Source: a virus. From it: 6,155 nt of DNA. A model generated the notes under the pieces. The model was not told the origin of the DNA. It searched no databases and saw nothing but the letters and a program-made list of their open reading frames with translations. How positions within the stretch are numbered: position 1 is the first letter of the stretch; every line of letters begins with the position of its first letter. Of this stretch, positions 1 to 5,794 are shown piece by piece. The stretch lies in IMG/VR virus record IMGVR_UViG_3300022758_000051. The stretch is one strand, 5' to 3'. The position numbers and the translations under genes were made by a program.

Positions 1-127
1 AAAAAAAATATTTGGAGATACAAAAAAAACTCATACCTTTGCCCATGTGGAAGTTACAACTATTATTAACATTTTAAAATTTATTACAATTATGCAAAAG
101 TTTATTATCTCAGTTAAAGATAAAAAT
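1..127. repeat. Terminal redundancy, copy 1 (identical to 6029-6155); signature of a circular-genome assembly overlap
   Basis: Aligned by eye, base for base: A8-TATTTGGAGATAC-A8-CTCATACCTTTGCCCATGTGGAAGTTACAAC...GTTAAAGATAAAAAT occurs at both window ends. Confidence 0.95.
11..41 (+). promoter_or_regulatory. Bacteroidota-type promoter: -33 TTTG (11-14) and -7 TAnnTTTG (TACCTTTG, 34-41), 19-nt spacer
   Basis: Both consensus elements known for Bacteroides/Flavobacterium sigma-A promoters match exactly, with the spacer length I recall as optimal. It sits in the only large intergenic region, upstream of the whole co-directional gene array. It is flanked by two A8 tracts (1-8 and 22-29) spaced 21 nt apart. 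Confidence 0.5.
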
Positions 128-286
128 ACTGGTCGTGATGTTATTTCGCCTTATATTGTTAATTCTCTCGATGGTCTTGGACATTATTCTGAACGAGTTT
201 CTTCGTTGGGTCTTATTGTTATTGTGGATTCGATTAAAGAAGAAAATAATTTTGTTGAACTTAAAACTCAAAGCAATGAAAAGTAA
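92..286 (+). CDS. Hypothetical protein, 64 aa, no recognisable domain (promoter-proximal first gene)
   Basis: ATG at 92 and TAA at 284-286. It has the strong third-position T bias shared by the recognisable phage genes, and a diverse, globular-looking composition. The ORF track begins at GTG 47, but that lies at or before the predicted transcription start, so ATG 92 is preferred. Confidence 0.6.
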   Translation: MQKFIISVKDKNTGRDVISPYIVNSLDGLGHYSERVSSLGLIVIVDSIKEENNFVELKTQSNEK

Positions 287-359
287 TAATATTTGGAAAA
301 TTGTAATTGGCGCTGTTTCTGCCGCCTTAGGTTATATTCTTAACGCTATTGGATTATGA
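276..359 (+). CDS. 27-aa single-pass membrane peptide (MKSNNIWKIVIGAVSAALGYILNAIGL); candidate holin-like or lysis accessory peptide
   Basis: ATG at 276. The N-terminus is polar and basic (K2, K8), followed by an uninterrupted hydrophobic stretch of about 19 residues. About half of the third codon positions are T. The stop TGA (357-359) overlaps the ATG (356-358) of the peptidase gene as ATGA. The stretch 287-355 is otherwise unassigned in a very compact genome. Confidence 0.4.
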   Translation: MKSNNIWKIVIGAVSAALGYILNAIGL

Positions 360-664
360 ATTATTCTCTTGTTTCTTTTCTTGAGAGTCTGTTATACTTT
401 AATGTTCATTTTACGATAACTAGTGCTCGTCGTACTCCCGAACAGAATAAGGCTTGTAATGGCGTTCCTACATCTCAGCATTTGACTGGAGAGGCTCTTG
501 ATATTAAACCTTATGGTTCTACTACTTATAATCGGTTGCTTGAATTTATTCATAGATATTCGGACGATGTTCATGTGTTTGATCAGCTGATATTGTATCC
601 TACATTTATTCACATTTCATTTGGCGTTCGTAATCGTCATCAAGTGATTGATAAACGTAAATAA
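356..664 (+). CDS. Zinc D,D-/L,D-peptidase of family M15 (Peptidase_M15_3-like), 102 aa; putative endolysin
   Basis: ITSARRTPEQNKACNGVPTSQHLTGEALDI matches the family signature (SgyR..N...GG...SqHl.G.AaDi). The predicted Zn ligands are H42 (nt 479-481), D49 (500-502) and the distal H86 in FIHISF (611-613). The protein is minimal in size, with no signal peptide or cell-wall-binding domain. Confidence 0.8.
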   Translation: MNYSLVSFLESLLYFNVHFTITSARRTPEQNKACNGVPTSQHLTGEALDIKPYGSTTYNRLLEFIHRYSDDVHVFDQLILYPTFIHISFGVRNRHQVIDKRK

Positions 665-666
665 TT

Positions 667-2346
667 ATGAAATTTTCTCCTGATTTGTTTAAGGCTGCTG
701 ATCATTGTCAGCATCGTTCGTTTATTACGAATAAATATACTGGTGCACGTATTGCCGTAGATTGTGGTCAATGCGATTACTGTATCCATAAGAGAGCTAA
801 AAAGGCGTCCATGCGTGTGAAGACTGCTGGAAGTGCTTTCAAGTACTCTTATTTTGTTACTTTGACTTATGATAATGTTCATATTCCTCTTATGAATTGT
901 AAGGTTCTTCACAGTGAATATGAGGATGTCGTAGGCATTTCAGGAGATATTCATTTTGGTAATGAACATCATCAATATATCCCTGTTTCTGAATATAAAT
1001 GTGATGATAACTCCGCGTTGCGTCATATATTCTTCGAACAGGTTCAAGGCACTGTGCCGTATGACCGTGAAATTAAGGAATATATACCTGTTAGGGACAA
1101 TTGGTTTCTTAGTATGGATGCTATTCGTAGTTTTATCTATAAGTCGCAATCCGTTGACAAAACGGATTATTCCGCTTCTGCGCAATACGGTCGTGATAAT
1201 CTTATTCCCTTCCTGAATTATGTTGATGTTCAGAATTATATTAAACGTTTGCGTAAACATTTATTTCAACAATTAGGTTCCTATGAGACGTTACATTTCT
1301 ACGCTGTGGGTGAGTACGGACCCGTACACTTCCGCCCGCATTATCATCTCCTATTATTCACAAACTCGGACGAAGTCGCCCAGGTTCTACGATACTGTCA
1401 CGATAAGAGTTGGAGACTCGGTCGTTCAGATTTCCAACGTTCCGCTGGTGGAGCTGGTTCGTACGTTGCGAGTTACGTTAACAGCCTGTGCGCTGCTCCC
1501 TTGTTATATCGCTCATGCTGCGCGTTTAAACCCAGGTCGCGAGCGTCTGTCGGATTCTTTGAGAAGGGTTGCGACTACGTGGAAGGCGAAGACCCTTATG
1601 CGCAAATTGAACAGAAAATCGATTCTGTTGTTAACGGAAGAGTCTATAACTTCAACGGCGTCAGTGTTCGGTCAACTCCACCCCTGTCGTATATCCGTGC
1701 CTTATTGCCCCGATTCTCGTCTGCTCGCAATGACGATGGTGTTGCGATTACTAGAATTCTTCGCGCTGTTCACCGAACGCCACAGAGAATTGCAAGATTC
1801 GGATTCGTTGATTATAACCGGGACTCAATCTTGAGTCTTGTCCGTGCTTATTATCAATACCTTAAGGTTAATTCTATTCTTACTGATGATGATAAGATTA
1901 TATTACATGCTTCTCGGTGTCTTACTAGGTTCTGTAACAGTTCTAGCGATGTCGATATTGAGTCTTATATTAATAAGTTATATAGGCTGTTCTTATATGT
2001 CTCTAAGTTCTTCCGTAACTGGCATTTGCCTGACTTCGGTTCTGATATTGGTGCTTACTCCGGTCGTATTGATTATATTATTAAGACAGGTATAGAATAT
2101 GAGAAGAAAAAGGATTATGAAGATATGCGAAGTGTATATGGCCTTCGTTCCCAATACCCCGAACTTTCAGATTGTATGTTTGTTCTGCCACAGAACGGGC
2201 AGGAACTTGATGTCTTGTCAGATGTTTCGTGTGAAACGCTCCAACTTCTTGAGCAGCTCCGGTATCGTAGTTCGACATTCTGTCGTGATATGATTAAACA
2301 TAAGTCTCTTAATGATGCTAATAATATATTCAATCGTATGGTTTAA
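667..2346 (+). CDS. VP4: Rolling-circle replication initiator, HUH endonuclease superfamily (Microviridae VP4 / gpA-like), 559 aa
   Basis: Cys cluster CGQCDYC (aa 33-39). Motif I FVTLTY (aa 63-68, nt 853-870). HUH motif HYHLLLF (H225-Y-H227, nt 1339-1347). Double-tyrosine motif YVASYVNS (Y266 and Y270, nt 1462-1476), which closely resembles the phiX174 gpA YVAKYVNK active site. Confidence 0.9.
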   Translation: MKFSPDLFKAADHCQHRSFITNKYTGARIAVDCGQCDYCIHKRAKKASMRVKTAGSAFKYSYFVTLTYDNVHIPLMNCKVLHSEYEDVVGISGDIHFGNEHHQYIPVSEYKCDDNSALRHIFFEQVQGTVPYDREIKEYIPVRDNWFLSMDAIRSFIYKSQSVDKTDYSASAQYGRDNLIPFLNYVDVQNYIKRLRKHLFQQLGSYETLHFYAVGEYGPVHFRPHYHLLLFTNSDEVAQVLRYCHDKSWRLGRSDFQRSAGGAGSYVASYVNSLCAAPLLYRSCCAFKPRSRASVGFFEKGCDYVEGEDPYAQIEQKIDSVVNGRVYNFNGVSVRSTPPLSYIRALLPRFSSARNDDGVAITRILRAVHRTPQRIARFGFVDYNRDSILSLVRAYYQYLKVNSILTDDDKIILHASRCLTRFCNSSSDVDIESYINKLYRLFLYVSKFFRNWHLPDFGSDIGAYSGRIDYIIKTGIEYEKKKDYEDMRSVYGLRSQYPELSDCMFVLPQNGQELDVLSDVSCETLQLLEQLRYRSSTFCRDMIKHKSLNDANNIFNRMV

Positions 2347-2364
2347 TTTTAATTTTAATTAATT

Positions 2365-4116
2365 ATGAGTGATTTTAATCCCTTGGACAGAGCGAAAATT
2401 TCTACCCATCGCTCGTCTTTCGACTTAAGTTCGAAAAAGTTGTTTACCGCTAAAGTCGGTGAAATTCTCCCCTGTTATTGGCAGATTGCTATTCCTGGTA
2501 ATAAGTATCGTATTTCTTCGGATTGGTTTACCCGTACTGTTCCGGTAAATACTGCTGCCTATACCCGTATCAAGGAATATTACGACTTTTACGCTGTGCC
2601 GTTACGTCTGATTTCCCGTGCGCTTCCGCAGGCGTTTACTCAGATGACGGATTATATGACTAGTGCATCTAGTTCTTCTGCGAATGCATCTGCCCTTATT
2701 TCTGTACCTAATGTTTCTCAGAACGCACTTAACCTGTTTCTTCTGACTGCTAATGCCGGTGATCAACCTAACACTCGTGACGATGCTGGCCTTCCTATTG
2801 TCTATGGTTCTTGCAAGTTGCTTGATCTGCTTGGTTATGGTTCTATGATTGCTAGTGATAATAAAGGTAAGGCTGCTATTACTCAAAAGTATCTAGGTGT
2901 TGATGGTCTTGGTGACGCTGCCAACCCTTTGGTTTATCAGTCTTCACAGACAGTTAGTGCTCTTCCATTTCTTGCTTATCAGAAGATTTACTATGATTTC
3001 TTTAGTAATTCTCAATGGGAAAAGCATAAGGCTTATGCTTATAATGTAGACTATTGGTCCGGTGCTGGTAATATTTCATTGGGTACAGATATGGTTCAGC
3101 TTCGTTATGCGAACTATCCTAAGGATTACTTTATGGGAATGCTTCCTAGTTCACAATACGGTTCGGTATCTATTCTTCCTTCGTTGAATCCTCTTCGTGA
3201 TTCTCGTTTGATTACGTTGAGTTCTTCTCCTCACCCTGATGCTTCTTCTTCTGTCACTGTATCTAATCCTGCTGCTGGTAATGACTTGATTTCTTCCTCT
3301 GTCAATTCTACTTCTTCTGTTAGGTATGCGTTTCTCAATAGTGATCTGTCAGCGTTGAGTCTTCGTGCTACTGAATACTTGCAGCGTTGGAAAGAGGTAG
3401 TGCAATTCTCTAGCAAAGATTATTCTGACCAAATGGCTGCTCAGTTCGGTATTAAGGCTCCTGAATATATGGGAAACCATTCGTATTATATTGGTGGTTG
3501 GTCTAGCGTAATTAATATTAATGAAGTTGTTAATACCAACCTTGATACTGATTCTTCTCAGGCTTCTATTGCCGGTAAAGGTGTATCCAGTAATTCAGGC
3601 CATACTCTTACTTATGACTGTGGTGCTGAGCATCAGGTAATTATGTGTGTATATCATGCTGTGCCTATGTTGGACTGGAATCTGACGGGCCAGTCTCCCC
3701 AGTTGACCGTGACCGCTATATCCGACTTTCCGCAGCCTGCGTTTGACCAGCTTGGTATGCAGGCCGTCCCCGCTCTGAATCTTCAGAATAATCCAGGTCG
3801 TAACGTTTCCGGTTCTCTAGGTTACAATCTTCGTTATTGGCAATGGAAGTCTAATATTGATACTGTTCACGCCGGATTCCGTGCTGGTGCTGCTTATCAG
3901 TCTTGGGCTGCTCCTCTTGACGGTTGGCAGGTATTGACTTCCTCCGGTTCTTGGTCTTATCAGTCTATGAAGGTTCGTCCTCAACAGCTGAACTCTATAT
4001 TCGTCCCACAGATTGATGCTACTAACTGTTCGGTTGCATTTGACCAGTTATTGTGTAATGTTAACTTCCAGGTGTATGCTGTTCAGAACTTGGATAGAAA
4101 TGGTTTACCTTATTAA
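2365..4116 (+). CDS. VP1: Major capsid protein (Microviridae VP1 / F-like), 583 aa
   Basis: The N-terminal region (RSSFDLSSKKLFTAKVGEILPCYWQIAIPGNKY...VPVNTAAYTRIKEYYDFYAVPLRLI) has the pattern typical of Microviridae capsid proteins. It is the largest ORF, with a size and position appropriate for VP1. Confidence 0.93.
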   Translation: MSDFNPLDRAKISTHRSSFDLSSKKLFTAKVGEILPCYWQIAIPGNKYRISSDWFTRTVPVNTAAYTRIKEYYDFYAVPLRLISRALPQAFTQMTDYMTSASSSSANASALISVPNVSQNALNLFLLTANAGDQPNTRDDAGLPIVYGSCKLLDLLGYGSMIASDNKGKAAITQKYLGVDGLGDAANPLVYQSSQTVSALPFLAYQKIYYDFFSNSQWEKHKAYAYNVDYWSGAGNISLGTDMVQLRYANYPKDYFMGMLPSSQYGSVSILPSLNPLRDSRLITLSSSPHPDASSSVTVSNPAAGNDLISSSVNSTSSVRYAFLNSDLSALSLRATEYLQRWKEVVQFSSKDYSDQMAAQFGIKAPEYMGNHSYYIGGWSSVININEVVNTNLDTDSSQASIAGKGVSSNSGHTLTYDCGAEHQVIMCVYHAVPMLDWNLTGQSPQLTVTAISDFPQPAFDQLGMQAVPALNLQNNPGRNVSGSLGYNLRYWQWKSNIDTVHAGFRAGAAYQSWAAPLDGWQVLTSSGSWSYQSMKVRPQQLNSIFVPQIDATNCSVAFDQLLCNVNFQVYAVQNLDRNGLPY

Positions 4117-4127
4117 TTTGTATTGTT

Positions 4128-4568
4128 ATGAGAAATTTTGCTTATAAAAATCCGGATTATATTAAAAATGAGGTTGTTCCGGAATTGATTGAAGATCATC
4201 CCTGTTATCAACAGTCTGTATATGATACAGTTATGTACGATGAATCTCCCGATGGTGATTTGATTCAAAATGATATGACGCAGATTCTTCTTAATCAGGA
4301 GAAGTATCGTCGTTTACTTGGTGATATGAATGTTCAGAATATTCTTGCTCAAATGCATCCTACTCAGTCTACTATAATGGATGGTATGACTGATGAAGAA
4401 CGTTTTGATTGTGTTATCTCCCGTCATTGTCAAACTATGTCTGAACGTCAGGCTGTTTTGCAGCAGTTGGCTAGTGAGAAATCTGAGTTGTCGGCTTATG
4501 CCGAGACTATGTTGGCAGAGACTAAGGCAGCGCCGTCTACGGATTCCGCATCTGCCTCTCCTGAGTAA
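4128..4568 (+). CDS. Acidic 146-aa protein; putative internal scaffolding protein (VP3-like) by size, charge and position only
   Basis: A clean ORF with the T-rich third-position bias. It is D/E/Q-rich with an Ala/Ser-rich tail. It lies between the capsid and pilot genes, and its stop overlaps the next start (TAATG at 4566-4570). I recognise no diagnostic motif. Confidence 0.55.
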   Translation: MRNFAYKNPDYIKNEVVPELIEDHPCYQQSVYDTVMYDESPDGDLIQNDMTQILLNQEKYRRLLGDMNVQNILAQMHPTQSTIMDGMTDEERFDCVISRHCQTMSERQAVLQQLASEKSELSAYAETMLAETKAAPSTDSASASPE

Positions 4569-5671
4569 TGGGTTTATTTGACGCTATAGCTTCTTCAGCT
4601 GCTAGCCTTACCGACAATATTGTCGGTATGGTTAATCAGAATCATCAGAATAAGGTTAACCTTCGTATGATGCGTGAACAAAACGCATTTAATGCTGAAC
4701 AGGCTCAAATTCAACGTGATTGGCAGCAACAAATGTGGGGCATGAATAATGCTTATAATTCTCCTAGCGCTATGATTTCTCGTGGCTTGAATCCATTTGT
4801 CCAAGGTTCTGCTGCTATGGCTGGTTCTAAGTCTCCTGCATCTAGCGGAGCTGCTGCTACCGCTGCCCCTGTTCCTAGCATGCAAGCTTATAAACCTAAT
4901 TTTTCCGGTGTGTTTCAATCTCTTGCTTCTCTTGCTCAAGCTAAGGCTTCTGATGCTGCAGCTGGCGAATCAGGCTCTCGTGCTCGTCAGACTGATACGG
5001 TAACCCCTCTTTTGTCGGACTATTATAGAGGTCTTACTAATTGGAAGAATTTGGCTATTGGTTCTTCCGGTTACTGGAATAAGGAAACGGGTCGTATATC
5101 TGCCGCCCTAGATCAGTCTACTGAAGCTCAAAATCTGAAGAATGCACAGTTTGCTGAACGTATATCGGCTGCGCAGGAGACACAAATCTTGCTTAATTCT
5201 GACGCCCAGCGTGTTATAAATAGATATATGGATCAGAGTCAACAGGCTGATTTGTTCATTAAGGCGCAAACGCTAGTCAATCTTCAAGCTCAAGGTGCTC
5301 TTACGGAGAAGCAGATTCAGACTGAAATCCAGCGTGCTATTCTTATTTCTGCTGAATCTTCCGGCAAGAAAATTGATAATCGTGTTGCTTCTGAAACTGC
5401 CGGTTCTCTAATTAAGGCTGCTAATGCTTCCCATGAATTGCAGTATCGTGATAGTATGTATGATTATAAGAATGTCAAGTTCCGTAAGCATACGGAGTAT
5501 AAAACCTCTATGGCTCAGCAAAAAGCCGCCGAATATGGTGCTGAACTGTCTCGTAAACAAGGCCGTACTCATTATTGGGAATCTGTATCACGCGGTCTTG
5601 GTTCTATTGCTTCCGGTTCCGGTAATGTAATTGGAGCTGGTATCCGTCTAGGCTCTAGCAGTAGGAGATAA
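4568..5671 (+). CDS. VP2: Minor capsid / DNA pilot protein (Microviridae VP2 / H-like), 367 aa
   Basis: The N-terminal MGLFDAI... is followed by REQNAFNAEQAQIQRDWQQQMWGMNNAYNSPSAMISRGLNPF, which matches the conserved VP2 block (..A..Q..fqe.Msnt.yq....d...aGLNP). Then come an Ala/Ser-rich linker, a long helical Q/A/E-rich region and a Gly/Ser-rich C-terminus. Confidence 0.85.
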   Translation: MGLFDAIASSAASLTDNIVGMVNQNHQNKVNLRMMREQNAFNAEQAQIQRDWQQQMWGMNNAYNSPSAMISRGLNPFVQGSAAMAGSKSPASSGAAATAAPVPSMQAYKPNFSGVFQSLASLAQAKASDAAAGESGSRARQTDTVTPLLSDYYRGLTNWKNLAIGSSGYWNKETGRISAALDQSTEAQNLKNAQFAERISAAQETQILLNSDAQRVINRYMDQSQQADLFIKAQTLVNLQAQGALTEKQIQTEIQRAILISAESSGKKIDNRVASETAGSLIKAANASHELQYRDSMYDYKNVKFRKHTEYKTSMAQQKAAEYGAELSRKQGRTHYWESVSRGLGSIASGSGNVIGAGIRLGSSSRR

Positions 5672-5689
5672 CATACTTTAGGACTAGAA

Positions 5690-5736
5690 GCCCATCGCGG
5701 CGCTTGAGCGATATACACCCGCCGCCCGCGTAGGGC
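5690..5736 (+). repeat. Imperfect GC-rich inverted repeat (hairpin H1)
   Basis: GCCC (5690-5693) pairs with GGGC (5733-5736), and CGCGG (5696-5700) pairs with CCGCG (5726-5730), across a 2x2 internal loop. An alternative register pairs GCGGCG (5697-5702) with CGCCGC (5720-5725). Confidence 0.7.
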
Positions 5737-5748
5737 CTGGTCGAAAAA

Positions 5749-5794
5749 CGGAGCGGAGCGACTTCCTTATAAGAGCGTTCCGCTCTGGTATTTT
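5749..5794 (+). terminator. Candidate intrinsic terminator downstream of VP2 (hairpin H2 plus T-run)
   Basis: A 12-bp stem, CGGAGCGGAGCG (5749-5760) with CGTTCCGCTCTG (5776-5787), includes two G-T(U) wobbles (5750/5786 and 5758/5778). The loop is 15 nt and contains the palindrome CTTATAAG. An A5 run precedes the stem (5744-5748), and GTATTTT follows it (T4 at 5791-5794). Confidence 0.4.

Noticed and set aside
47-91. GTG-initiated N-terminal extension of the first ORF (the track shows 47..286)
   Set aside because: The predicted -7 promoter element ends at 41, so transcription would start at about the same place as GTG 47 with no leader. The ATG at 92 gives a sensible ORF, and the extension (MEVTTIINILKFITI) looks like A/T-rich spacer translation.
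2344-2364. TTTAATTTTAATTTTAATTAATT quasi-repeat between Rep and VP1 as a regulatory repeat
   Set aside because: It is a very short AT-only spacer containing the Rep stop codon, consistent with the SD-less A/T-rich translation initiation regions seen before every gene. The evidence is insufficient for a distinct element.
392-4939. All minus-strand ORFs in the track (392..613, 640..912, 940..1260, 2081..2278, 2115..2333, 2602..2886, 3231..3416, 4595..4939)
   Set aside because: Each lies fully antisense to a well-supported + strand gene. Their compositions are skewed, low-complexity and rich in Arg, Ile, Ser and Asn, as expected from the complement of T-rich codons. Microviridae encode all genes on one strand, and none of these ORFs has a recognisable motif.
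956-5630. Hydrophobic + strand off-frame ORFs (956..1216, 1838..2095, 2099..2293, 4393..4581, 4797..5003, 5424..5630)
   Set aside because: Their second codon positions coincide with the T-rich third positions of the real genes. That automatically removes stop codons and produces strings of Leu, Ile, Phe and Val, so this is a compositional artefact and not evidence of coding.
5761-5788. dif/Xer-like site (ACTTCCTTATAAGAGCG begins like the Firmicutes dif ACTTCCTAGAATATATATTATGTAAACT)
   Set aside because: The similarity ends after the first 7-8 nt. There is no AT-rich 6-bp spacer flanked by ATAA/TTAT arms, and the sequence is better explained as the loop of hairpin H2. An attachment function for the wider region remains only a generic possibility.
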